From Paramecium tetraurelia (Eukaryota): DNA of 64,000 bases. This document shows positions 14,712 to 27,315 of this stretch, one piece after another. A program made the position numbers and the translations under genes. How positions within the stretch are numbered: position 1 is the first letter of the stretch; each line of letters begins with the position of its first letter. The DNA lies in contig CT868024.1 in the NCBI GenBank assembly GCA_000165425.1, positions 186,001 to 250,000 on the forward strand, written 5' to 3'. Under the pieces are notes generated by a model that worked only from the letters and a program-made list of their open reading frames with translations, did not search any database and was not told the DNA's origin.

Positions 14712-14842
14712 TGAAATATAAATTTAATACTCCTTCCCTATAAATTATATGTAACATTAACCAGACATTTCCCCTGAAGAGATATTAGGCAGGAATAGGT
14801 GTTTGTGTGTCTTTGAATGAGAAATTTAGTGTCTGCACATTT
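14712..14842 (+). ncRNA. Candidate box H/ACA snoRNA
   Basis: Hairpin (atataaattta/taaattatat), then H box ACATTA at 14754-14759, then a long hairpin (cagacatt/agtgtctg base; gaagagatat-aggca/tgttt-gtgtgtcttt top), then ACA at 14837-14839 plus 3 nt; lies in an intergenic gap. Confidence 0.45.
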
Positions 14843-15094
14843 GTGTATAAATTACTCAAAAATATATATTACGATGACTTTTATTATTAATTAATTTATT
14901 AATTGGTAATAATTAAAAAAGAAATTTAATTTAATTTTAATTATGTAAATAATTTACATAAAACGATATTCATGAAGTTCCTCATTAATTGGGAAAGTAA
15001 TACAAATTCATTTATATAAAGGTACTATTGTAAAAGTGATTCAATAATTTTTGTGAATTTATTAGAGTAATAAATATAAACAAATATATAAAAG

Positions 15095-15682
15095 TCATTA
15101 AGAAATGTTATTAATGTAGTTGAATAGGTCTTATATGATTCTGAAAGCGAAGGGTTTGATTCTGTTTAAGTTGATTTAGAATTGTTCCACCTTAATATTC
15201 GCCATCTGAGCAATAATTTTAGCATTTATGCCGCCTTATTTCAAATATATAATATCAGTGGCAATTTTGACTGATATGGCGTTTTGAAGTGATTTAGGCA
15301 ATTTATTTATTAAGGGTTACATTTGTTATAAGAGAAAGCAGCAAACTTGGGTTGCTTTTGAATTTAATTTGAGTTTTTGGCATAAAGTAGAAATTAAAGA
15401 AGAATATTAATTTTAAATGCATTTGGAAAGGTATTCTACTTTAACATCTGCCTTTGGTAATGAGTAATTTAGCTCTTTCATAGCACAATGTACTAATGCC
15501 TAAGCATGTAGTGAGGTGTTTGGTATATTTAAGTTATGAAGTATTGCAATTGCTTTTTTTTCAATTGCATCATCCAAATTCATTTTGAACACCAAGTGTT
15601 AAACTTCTTCTAATAAGTCAGTAGATCTCTTTGGAGTAGGACATTCATCTCTAAATTTAGGTACTGGAGGTCTATTAATCAT
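15095..15682 (-). CDS. TFIIB-like double cyclin-fold protein (195 aa), no zinc ribbon
   Basis: Intronless 196-codon ORF MINRPPVPKFRDECPTPKRS...MNLDDAIEKKAIAIL...LISTLCQKLKLNSKATQVC...IIAQMANIKVEQF; the fold is my inference from the repeat pattern. Confidence 0.65.
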
Positions 15683-16379
15683 TCTTATTTAATTTATTGA
15701 TATAATTCAAGACCTCATTAATCAGTTTAATATAAATTTTCATGAAAAAACTCATAATATAAATTGTTAGATAATATTAAAACATTATTATTAGAAAGCA
15801 TTATTGACAACACCCAATTTTTAAAGTCTAAAATTTCTTTAATTTTCGTAAAATCCCTTTGACCCACAACTCTCAATTGTAATCATGCCATTTTCGACTT
15901 TTACCATGTTGATTGATCATCCCAATCTTTACTTATAATTTCTCATATACTTAACATTAATTTGAAATGAAAATGTAAGTAAATGATCCCTATGGTTTTC
16001 AAATATTATTTTATCTTCATCCTAAGCTTCCTTCCTTCATTCACTCTATAAAGATTAATAATTTTTTACATTTTAAAATTCAATAAGATTCAAGTGTAAT
16101 TTTTATACTTCCCCTTTTTAATTTATGTTTATAGTTTCTCTCTTAAATTCTTAATCATTTATGGTTACTATTTCAATGCTTGGTTGATGTAATTTTGATT
16201 AATGTATTCAAATTTTTGGATGACTTATAATATCTCGGTCTCAAGAATAGATATGCTATTAAATCGAACAAGCAGTACTTCCACGTATGATAATAACAAA
16301 TATGAATAAAAATCAGTAATACATAAGAGTATAAGAGTTCTCTCTTTTATTAATAAAAACTTCTAATTAATTTATAAAC

Positions 16380-19300
16380 TCAATAATCAATCATTTCATA
16401 CAACTTTTCCCAAGCCTTCTCTTTGCTCTTAGCATAAATATGCAATTATGATATTTCATAATATTTATCTTTTTTGATATTGACTATCTGGGCTTCTAAC
16501 ATATCATAAGGAATGAACAATTTATCTCCTTAGGATACTCTTCTGTAATCTTAATGTGGAATTTTGATCAGATTAAAATTGAAAGGGTTTCCTATGTTAC
16601 TTTAATACCTAACAATAAATGTTATTATTACCATTGATAAAATTGATATTTTGGTTGTCTCTTTATGAAATCAGGTGAATAAAATTGTTATACTTAAACA
16701 TTGTCTAATATTAATGTAGCCCATTGCATTACAATATTTGAACTGCAATTCGAATCCAGGTAGATAGCACCAACAAGAGCAAAGAAAGCAGTTTCTAAGC
16801 ATTGTGTATGTATAGATTTCTAAATTTTACCAATTTTAAAAGCTAAGGATGAATCTTTACATTTTTCAACTTCACTTGCTAAATTTAAGAGGATAGTTGA
16901 ATAGATGCTATTCAAATACTACTACAAACCAAGTTGAATGGCTAAATATGCTAGAAATGGAGTTTTCGAAAGAATCTTTCCAACAATTTTAATTGCAAAA
17001 CAATCTATTAAATTTTACTTTAATATATACCCAAGTTGTTCTCATTCAGTATTTTAATTGTTAGATAATTCCATAATGCTTTACCTAACATTGCTAAGAG
17101 TGAATTTTCATAATTATTCTAGTCTGTTTCATTCATGCATTCAAATTAACTTTTAAATTCAATCCATTATTATTCCTATATCATCCCTTGAAATTCTTCC
17201 TTCTTTTAAAATTGTTCATAATACTTGAATTTTAACTTGTTATTAATCACAAATTTAAATGAAATATCAGTCATTGCTTAAAACAACAATTCAAAGTGTT
17301 TGAATTAGTATTTTATTTTATATTCAAGAGAAGAGAACACTCTTTTAATTTTCCTAGTCTATTCGCTCAGAGGCACAAAACCAGGCAGGAATTCCTATAA
17401 ACATTATGATGAGTTCACATGAATCTTCATAGAAGTCATTATTCGAAAGGTTCTAAGCCAATTTAGACCGTTGACTAAATCCTAATCATTCTATTAGATT
17501 AGAAATAATGAGTTTTGGATGAATTAAAAGAATTCCTAATTTGATATATGAATCTTATTTTTAATTGTATTTCTCTATGATTTCCTTTTGGCTACTGAGA
17601 AATCATCTAATATTAATTATTCCATCATCATATCAAAATTATCTTGGAATTTCTCTAGCCCAATAAATTGTGTAGTTATATCATTAAGATCGTTCTTATG
17701 TAAATAGAGGAAGAGGTAAGACTCTAGCAAACAATTCCTTACATAAGTGCTTCTTGTGAATGTTTTATATTTAGCTCTGGTAATATTGATATCATTTTCA
17801 AAATAATTAGCATACAATACAACTGCTATAAGGAATTTATAATATTGATGGCCTAATAGTAATTCATTATATTTATGAGACGACAAATCCAATGATTTGA
17901 ATAAAATTTCATCCAATCTATCTTTCACATCAAAATTCAGAACAACATCAGAAACGCTATAATGTATAAAATTTAATTGCAATGAATCCAATTCATTTTA
18001 ATAGCAATATTGGAGAGAAGTGAGATACTTAATGTATTTACTAGTGGAATTCAAAACTTCATTTATATGAGGTTTGATATTCTAAGGGATAATCTAAATT
18101 TTTTGAATTAGCTATTCTTTAATTTTATCCTGGAATAGATCCACTTTGAATCTTAAAGCAAATTGATTGATGATTTAGCTAAGTGTGAATTTACTCTTGA
18201 CTGAACCCTTTAATATTAGAAGTAAATTCGAGTTGCTCTCACTTTTAATTCTTATTTAACATTCTAAAATTAATAAAAATGGTATAATTACTTTGATTAA
18301 TAATTGCATATATGTCATCTCTCCATTATTGTAAGTTTTCTTCTTTGATTATTGTCTCCACATATTTTTTATAATGACCTTCATATTAACTCTTAGAAAT
18401 CTTCTACATTGATTAAAATTAAATGCCAAGAGCTTACAAAGTGTTTTCGCTCTTACTGATTTGAGGAAGCATTTGTTTTGGAAAAGCCAACAATATTTTC
18501 TCGTTCTAAAATAGACATTCATAAAGCAAGAAATCTTCAAACTAACCTTCTTAATCCTTTGTTTAAAACAGGGTTTTGAATAAATTAGTATAATATCTTT
18601 TTTATGAATTAACCTTCCCTCCCATTGTAGATTAACTTTGCACCAACCTCTAAGAGTATTTACATGCTATTTGCCATTATTCTCTTGTCTATTAAATTTA
18701 AGATAATTATAGTTACCATCATGATTTAAGAATCATCTTAATCTGCCCCAATGTGTTAACCCAAATCACTATCGAAACAGATTTGTAAGTTGTCATCAAT
18801 GTATCCTTTCTAATATAATTACACTGATGCTTCAAATGCAGCTGATGCTTTGGCATCTTTAGAAGATGGAGCAAGTTTTCCATAAAATATGAAACTTTTC
18901 ATTGATATTGGGAGAAGTAAAAAGGCTATGAACTACTGATTCGTCTATGCATTTCCATGCAATTAATAAATTGCATATTTAGGCTAAGTCTTATCAGCAT
19001 CCTTTTAGTTGAACTTCTAACACAATTACTATATTAATTAGCAAGACCAGTTTGTATTGATTAGAGCACCCGAGCCCTCAATTTCAAATGAATCAAAATA
19101 AGTGTTTTCATAGGTTTTGCTCTCTGGTGAATATAAAAAAATAATTACATAGAGTTTGCATCGCCTTATTGAGCATTTGCTATCTTTAAGGAGCAGTCAA
19201 TTCTTCAATAATCTACTTAATATTGTTTTAAACTTGTTGATGACTTTACACTTAAGCTTGCTATAACTTGTCAACCATGAATATCATAAACTATGAATTT

Positions 19301-21351
19301 TCCTTTCTAGCTCTACCTTTCATTTAAACGTATGCCTTTGAACTTGAGATTGGATTGAATCCAATAACATAATTACACATTGGAATATCAATACCTTCTT
19401 CTGCCACAGATGTAGAAATTAGAATCTTGATTTTTCCTTATCTAAACTTATTTATAATGTCATTTTAAACTGTAGAACTAATTCTATAAGCAAAAATGTT
19501 CAATCTATTGACCTAGTCTTTAAGCTATTCAATTGAAAATTTGCTTTGATCATTTTATAATTCAGCATATAGTTTTTTAATTAGTTCTTCTTAATCCTCT
19601 TTATTGGATTCAATCACATTGATCATTATGCTATTATTCTGTTTTCTCACCATTGAGGAACAATGTCCTATTATAAAATTTGATACAATATCTAACACAT
19701 AATGTATGAATCAGTACTTATTCTCTCTGAAGCCAAATATTCTTCTATTAGTCTATTTAAAAAGAAGGCTGTAAGCCTTTGTTTCACAAAGATCAAAATT
19801 CTGCTGTTATCATCTCCTTATGAATAAGCTTTTCTTATAAGTTCAAATAAGACCTGTACTTTAGGAGTTGATGATTGTTACACATTCGAGTATCTTAATT
19901 TTGCATCCTTTAATATGGTCGAGATTGATTTTAAGATGTCTAAGCAGGCAGCTTAATTTGGGGGTCTCTTGATGGTTAAAAAATCATTTAACTTAATAAT
20001 AACATATTCCACCAATAATACTACCAATATATTATATATGTATACCAAATAAATATTGACCTAATTCTAAATACATTTAAAACCCATTTATTAGGACTTA
20101 TTTCTCAATTTATGCAATTAGGATTTTAGTTTATAAATCATATGAGTATTTTTTTTTGAAATTTTCCAATGTTTACTTTATTTAAAAAAACTCAGTTAGA
20201 TAGGAGTTTCTTCTCATTACATCAAGAGCCTTATTCTCATTTTTCTCACAATTAGTGAGTGATGCCTTTAAATCAATTACTTTTTGGATGTCAGGATCAT
20301 TGAAAAGCATCTTATAATAGATAGGTACAATCTAAGCCTCTTTTATATGTTTCTTAAGGTTTTAAGCATCTATATGTAAATATTATGAATCCATATTTGC
20401 TGATAACTAAAGCAATTCTTATAATAGTTAATTGTTGCTGACTGATTTACTATTCATAACAGGAGAAGCAGTTGCACCAACAATTTATGGTAAAAATTGA
20501 TTATCAGACTAAAACTTAGTTTTAAGGTAAAATTCTTTTAAAATATAGTTGTATGGATGATCTTATATTGCATTATGACATTCATCCATTGCAATAAAAC
20601 TGAAATTAGAGATTTTCACCAATCCTTTTCTTAAAATGTTGAGGAAGATTTAGGTAGTCATTACTAGAATTTTACTCTCCTCTAAAATAATTTGCCACAT
20701 AATTTAATTCCATATGTCAGTGCATTTACTTCCATGTAATACATTTAACTTGGACCCAATTTCCTTAGCCTTCACTATCATACTATCATCGTCGCTTATT
20801 AATTCAGCAACTCTAGGCAATTTCTACTTAATTTGCTAGGCCTATTATTCTACTAATTAAACGGTATTGGCTAGAAAGACTATCTTTTTATCAGGATATT
20901 TAAACAAACGATCCCACATCAACATAATAATGACTAAGGTTTTACCTAATCCTGTTTCCAAATAGATGATAGAATTCTTGCCAATTCCCTTCTCATATAA
21001 TTCTATTTAATAATCTCGAAATTCAAACTCTTCAATAGTATCTACGATCGTATCATCCTCTTCTAATAGATTGACTTTATTGTTAAGTATTTCTTAGTTG
21101 TTAGAAATCGATGACAGCATTTAATCAACTAAAGAAGAAAGCGAATCCTTAGGTTCATTTTGCTATTCCTGGCTCTCTGAGATATCCAAATCAAACAAAT
21201 TTTCTTCTGGCTACTTAATAACATTCTACAAAAATTGAGAGATTTAACTTTTATCTTCTTCATCGTCATCTTCAATTAATTTAACATCAAAGGAATTATG
21301 TTAGAGATCCATATTCTCCAATTTCTTATCGTCTGCAGGTAATTCGTACAT
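16380..21351 (-). CDS. Dicer-family protein (DExH helicase + helicase C + Dicer dimerization/DUF283 + two degenerate RNase III domains); resembles Paramecium Dcr2/Dcr3
   Basis: FRDYQIELY, IIYLETGLGKT, IAMDECHNA, VGATASP, ILIFVKQR, LISTSVAEEGIDIP, VQMKGRAR; DUF283-like KDAKASAAFEASVQLYQKGYIDDNL; RNase III-like segments ending ALVGAIYLDS. Confidence 0.92.
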
Positions 21352-21398
21352 TAATATTACGAGTAATAAAAAATTACAATATATATATAAATATTTGT

Positions 21399-23064
21399 AT
21401 GAACGAATTTTAAACATTTTTTGTCGGTTTGGGAGATCGATAATATACTCCCATTTCGGATGAATACAGAAAATAATTTAAGATCAGAGGTGACTTCATC
21501 TACCCATCTAATAAAAAGTTTGATCAAATTTGTAAGAGGTTGAGTATATTAAACTCATTTATAGTTTTTTAGAAGATGAAAAATTGAGAAGCAAAAGAAA
21601 ATGGGACAACTCTTTTAAATTATTTATGATTTGGTTTCTGGTTAAATATTTTGAGAAATAGAACCTTACTAATATTCTTCCGGTATCATGAGAAAATACA
21701 TCATAGGATGAGAATGACTGGGTTAATTTCGAAAATATCCTTAAAATTGACAGACATTCATTAAAGCAGAGATGGATAACCCTCATAAACCCACAGATGA
21801 AATCAACTAACTGGCTTCAAGAAGAGGATGATTTCATCAAAACACAAATGAAGTAGTCTAATCAATTTAAACATAGCCAAAAGCATAAACACATTTGGAC
21901 ACAGATAGCAGTCTCACTATACGAAAGAAATCTGTAAGGTAACATACGAACACCTAAACAAATAAGGGAAAGATGGATGAATTATCTTAACCCTGAATTG
22001 AATAAGTACAATTTTCATTGTATTCTCTTAGAGATCAATGGATGCTCAAGGAGGATTTGATTATTCTCAATAACGTTGTAAAGAATGGAAAGAAATGGTC
22101 CTAAATTTCATAATAGTTAAATGGAAGAACAGAGAATTAAGTCAAAAATCGGTATCACTTGTATTTATATCTTAAGCTACAAATCTCTAATTCATAAAAT
22201 ATGCAAAGATGATGAATGTGATGAAATTGATATGGTTAAACAATACATAAGAAAAAAGTAAGATTTAAATAATTTAATTCTAGTCAAGCTCATGTGGATT
22301 CCAATAAGTAAGGAATCATAGGAAAAAGAGGTAGGCATAAAAAAGGAATAAGAAGTAAAGACTAAAATGTTGAATCAAGAAAATAAAGAAATCTCCCAAA
22401 AATCATAAAACAAGAAGAATAACTATCACATTAATCATTTAATTAACCAGCATAATTAATTATTTAATAAGCATAACAATAATAGTAATAGTAATAATAT
22501 TAGTAATAATAATAATAATAATAGTAAACTTAACAAATGTAATTGTAACAATTACAATAGTAAATGAATTTTAATAATGAAGAAATGAAGATTGCTTTAA
22601 ACTTACACTCTAATTTCCTTTAAGAAGATATGAAAAATGCAACACCTTTAATGATGATATAATGTTTAACATCACCTGGGTATCAATTTTTAGAGAATCA
22701 ATTCTTAAAACAATTATCTCCAGGAATAGTTGAGGAAGGAGAGTGCAATCAGAATTCCTCTTTGCAATTACATAAATTAAATAATATGTATAAAGCCAGT
22801 TCCGCTTCACCATTTTTGTTGCCCTCCATGTTGCAATCTCCATTTTGGAATAACGAATAATATTTGTAGTAACATGATGAATAAATGGCACCGCCTATGC
22901 AGACATAGTAATTTACATAATAGATATCTACTACTCCTTTTTTGAATTTAGGTTATTTAGGAAAACCTAAATTAAATGGTTTTTCCAATAAAAAAGAACT
23001 AGACTTATTACAAGAGAACCCAATTTAATCATTTAATAAAAGAAGAAATCTTAATTAATAGTGA
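21399..23064 (+). CDS. Myb-domain transcription factor with poly-Q tract
   Basis: NWLQEEDDFI...HIWTQIA...RTPKQIRERWMNYLNPELNK|DQWMLKEDLIILNNVVKNGKKWSQISQQLNGRTENQVKNR; about 6 tiny introns. Confidence 0.92.
22474..22527 (+). repeat. (TAA/TAG)n trinucleotide run encoding poly-glutamine
   Basis: In-frame taa caa taa tag taa tag taa taa tat tag taa taa taa taa taa taa tag taa inside the Myb CDS. Confidence 0.85.
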
Positions 23065-24134
23065 AATGACTATAAAATCAAAATTAGTTTATTCGTATTT
23101 ATTCTAAATTTTCAAAGAATATCTCTTCTTAATTGACAAGTTTTGTTTATCATATTCAACTTCAACTAATTTATTTTAAATTTATTCAGATAAGATGGTA
23201 TTTCATTCTTTATATTTTTTGATTGAAATACGTGTTGATTGAAAATAATAGTGTTTCGAATACTTATGCTGTTTCTCTGTGATAAAGTAAAATAAATAAT
23301 CTTATGTATTATCTTTAAACAGAATCAATTTTTCAGAATAAAGGTTATCAATAAATTAAAATGTCTTATAAATTATTAACAAATTAGAATTCTAAAAGAA
23401 GTTTGAGTTTAAATATAAAATGTAAGTTAACATTGCAAACTTGTGTAATCAATAGTTCCTTTTGAAATTATGAAACAGATACGGAATTAATCATAGAAAA
23501 TTGGATAAATATGCATTAAAAATAAGTTTATCGCATTATACGGAATAAATTAAGAGTTTTTGTTCATTTAAAATATATTTAAAGACTTAGTATGGTTATG
23601 AATTATATTTTTTGCTTATGAAATAAATGTGTTTTCACTCTTTTCAAAATTAAACTGAAAAAAAATAAATATTCTGACAAGAAATTACATTAAATTAACA
23701 ATGAATAATCAATATAAATGTAGTTAAGAATCAAATAGGATTTTAGAAAAGGAGCTTGAGATTTTTCATTAATAGTTTTAGTTTCATAGTAAATTTCTAA
23801 TCACATTACTAGATACAGAATCAAGTATCTTTATTATGATTATCTCATTGATGATGTGATTATAGGACTATATAAAAATAAAATTTTTATTTTGAAAATC
23901 AAAATAGCGGATTAAATAAAATATAAGAAAGATAATCGATTTTTTGTAAGGTTATTAGTAGATTCGAGCAAAGGATAACTAAAATTGGCAGATGTAATAG
24001 TGTAATTAAAGGGGGATTCTGACAAAGAGAGATGAGGTGTATTTTTAAGAACTCGATTCAGATACGCTTTAATTTAATTTCTTTAAACAATTTTTCAATA
24101 ATAAAATTAAAATTTAATAATCACTTTTCTTTTA

Positions 24135-24560
24135 ATGTCACATTCCAGTGATATAACATAAATAAGTGATTAGAATTCACTGGTTTAGAAACCTATTACA
24201 TCAGAGGATGAGGTTAATATTTTGAAGGCTTAAAAATCAGATGTTCCTATTGGTAAAATGCATCAAGTCAAGCTTCCTTCTGCGATATTGAGTAAAAAAT
24301 AAATTGAGTTGAAAAAAAACAATTTATTGCATTTAAAAATGTGGAATTCAAAGTCAGATGAAGAGATGGAGAAGATCAATGAAGTTTTTAAGTTATTTAG
24401 AAGGAAATTTGGAAGGAATGCCTAATATTTAGATGAGTTCTTTACAATTTTGGGCAGAGCAAATTTAGATTTAGAGTTAGTGCAATAGTTAATTTAATTT
24501 GAAGATAAATTTCTCAAAAAATATATCCAAGATAGGAGTTCTGAGAATAGAATTGATTGA
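24135..24560 (+). CDS. Small ELM2-like domain protein (141 aa)
   Basis: Intronless 142-codon ORF; DVPIGKMHQVKLP...LKMWNS resembles the ELM2 I-x-VG-x-x-(H/Y)QA-x-IP...W motif. Confidence 0.6.
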
Positions 24561-24645
24561 TACTTATGTATATCCATCATTTTTCAGAGGCCTACATATT
24601 TTATATTAGAAAGTGAAATTAAATATTTTATAATTAATTTATTGT

Positions 24646-25152
24646 ATGGCCAGGAGAAAAACTGTCAAACGCGCATAAAAATCTCATAAGCATTTATTTA
24701 CAAGAAATAAAAAGATAAATAAGACATAAAAAGAACAAAATAAAATTCCAGGGTGGAACAAAAATATTTCATTCACTCAAAACTTATCTAACTTAGGAAT
24801 GAACACAGGTTATTAGATTAATCAAAAAATAACTGATGAATTAAAACAAAAGGAACAAGCTCCATAATAATACATTGAGGCAGAAGAAATTTCTATTGAT
24901 TAAATAAAAGAATTGTAAAAATAAGCAACATAAAAATTACCACAAGAAGAAGTTGAAAAGAAGAAAAATAAGGTGAGAATGAATATTGATGATGAATGGG
25001 CAGTTGAAGCACTTGTTAAGAAATACAAGTAAGATTGGGAAGCTATGAAAAGAGATCACAAATTAAACACATTCTAATGGACCGCAATTTAATGTTAAAA
25101 AAAATACAATGATTACATTAAAAGATATGGTAAATGTCCTAAACCCTAATGA
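24646..25152 (+). CDS. NOP16: Nucleolar protein 16 (ribosome biogenesis)
   Basis: MARRKTVKR...GWNKNISFTQNLSNLGM...VEALVKKYKQDWEAMKRDHKLNTFQWTAIQCQKK; intronless, 169 codons. Confidence 0.85.
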
Positions 25153-25224
25153 TTCATGAGTAAATTTATATGTATATTATTTATATGAATAAATTCTTAG
25201 ATTTTCATTAATAAATATTATTCT

Positions 25225-27315
25225 TCATTTATTTATTGATTACAATAAATCTTCTGAGTCTTAAAGAATATTTCGAATTCTATCAAAATTATGATATTAC
25301 GGTTTAAAATTATCATTTATATCTTATTTGATTTACATAGGTTACTGAGGTTAATAAGATAATTAACTTGAAACTTTCAAAGGTTAATTTGATATGTTAT
25401 GATTTTAAATTGGTGTAACATAATAAGGATTAGGAACTTATGAATAAGTAATTGGATTTATGGGTAGATTCGCAGCATTTATTGTTTACATTTAATTATT
25501 GGGTTAGTAGGGTGTATTTAAAAGAGGATTTGTGTAGTTATACTATTAAATAGGTACCTTTGGGACATCTGCAGTTTATATTGCTCCATTTATAGTTTAA
25601 TTAGGAACTCCTAATGGTAAATTTTTCGATTAAATTTCTCTTTTTGGAGTGACAAAATCATAAGTTTAATTCTAAGAATTTATAATAGAAAATTTATTAC
25701 TTAAGCAGGGTATTTTTGTATTGGAATTTACATATTAGGTACTTAAGGCTATAAAGTAGTAGAACCTAATGGGATTTGTGGGGATTATTGTTATTTTTAG
25801 AATGCTTATATAGTTGAGCCATCTATTGGTTAATTCAGAATTGTAGGAGATGGACCTACAATAACATTGGGATTGCTTAGAACTGAAGAGGGTGTCTAAT
25901 TATAAGTTTGTGCTAATTGATAGTTAGGAGATATATAGGTTGTGCTGAAGGTATCTTGTTGTATTGGTTATTGAGATGATGGAATTAATTAGGATTATAA
26001 CATTAATTTTGAAATAAGTTTTGGTTGTTAGTTAGTAACTTAAAATTATTGTTGGGTAAGATTTGGATCTTAAAATTAGAATTCAGATTTTTGTTAAAAG
26101 AACATGGGTTAATTTCCTAATTTATTATGTTCTATAAAGTTATTTTATGGATAAATGTTTGGTTGGGATCTTTAAGACTCAATATTGTTGGCTTATTAAT
26201 ATGATATTTACTATTTGATTTATTATGTTTCAATTTGTCTTGGGCTTTATTAATATTATTATGTTTCATAAATAATTTCTGATTAAGATCGTTAATGTTA
26301 CTGTGAATTGGATAGTTGACTGTAGCGATATGGAAAACTTTCAATAACAGATTTACACTTCAGCGTGTTATTTAAAGGAAGCGCATTTTATTTTACCGCT
26401 TCATAATTAACAACAAAGTCTTAGAAATTAAGTATTTTGCTTTGGTATGGTTTGAGGATATAATAAACATCATCTATGGTTAATTGGTTTGCTGATTCTG
26501 CCATTAATAACTCCATGATTCGAATCAATTAGATTGAGTAATGGTTATAACATTAATTTTGCAATTCATTAATTTGTTGTTCATCTAATTATTTTTAATC
26601 ATTTAATTGCATCAAATCTAATAAGGTTTTCCCCAAAGCATAAGAATCAATTGAATTCCATTGGATTTTGGGTTACTAATTTTGTAGCAGTTGTTTTTTG
26701 AGAGATGGAGGAAGATACGTTTCTGTTTTATTGTTGATAAATTTATTGATTGAATTTTCTTAATCAATTATTATTCCTATTGGACATAATTTTATTTAAC
26801 CATTTGATTTTAAGGAAATTGTGACTGGTCTAATATCTTAATGGTTGTATCCCTTCTGCTTCAATTCATAGAGAGCATTAGTAATTGACCAGAGAAAGTA
26901 CCATAATTCCTTTTCAGAAAATCTTTCTGAATGTTGTTTTCTATGCATTAATTCCCTACTTTAGTAAAATGAATTACTTCTCTAAATTTTGGGGTATGTA
27001 TTCAAAGTAGCTTGAAATAACAGTAGAAGTTGAGCAAAATTCTGATGATTGCTTTTCAATGCTTCCGTAATAATCGATTATGTAGGGAGCTTGAATTTTT
27101 TTGATCATTGTTTGGAACTTCAGCCAGGGTTCATCGGATTCATGATTAAAAACTCTATAAGGGAATTCAATAACCATCTCTTGGTTGGCATCATTGATGT
27201 AGATTTATCCGGTTTTAATTTCATTTTTTAAATCAATTGGCTTGAATTGGCTTTAGAAAGTTTTAAAGAAAGAAGAAGAAATGGGATTTGATTATGAGGA
27301 TGCAGATTATCCCAT
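25225..27315 (-). CDS. N-myristoylated pseudokinase with a long Q/P-rich tail
   Basis: MGQSASS...SYFEYIPQNLE|...FSEKELWYFLWSITNALYELKQKGYNHQDIRPVTI...QIKLCPIG...IDSYALGKTLLDLM; 23-nt intron near 26955-26977. Confidence 0.8.

Noticed and set aside
14712..14842. Telomerase RNA, U17/snR30 or spliceosomal snRNA identity for the structured element
   Set aside because: No telomere template with the upstream TGTCA motif, no m1/m2 pair and no recognisable U1/U2/U4/U5/U6 sequence
15780..16324. Minus-strand frame that reads as a signal-peptide protein if TGA is Trp (MYY*FLFIFVII...)
   Set aside because: TGA is clearly the stop in all neighbouring genes; about 6 TGAs in 170 codons is compatible with non-coding or decayed sequence; no recognisable homology
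16380..21351. Calling the Dicer DCR1 (the active siRNA Dicer)
   Set aside because: Both RNase III signatures lack catalytic acids; I cannot tell DCR2 from DCR3 without alignment, so no symbol is given
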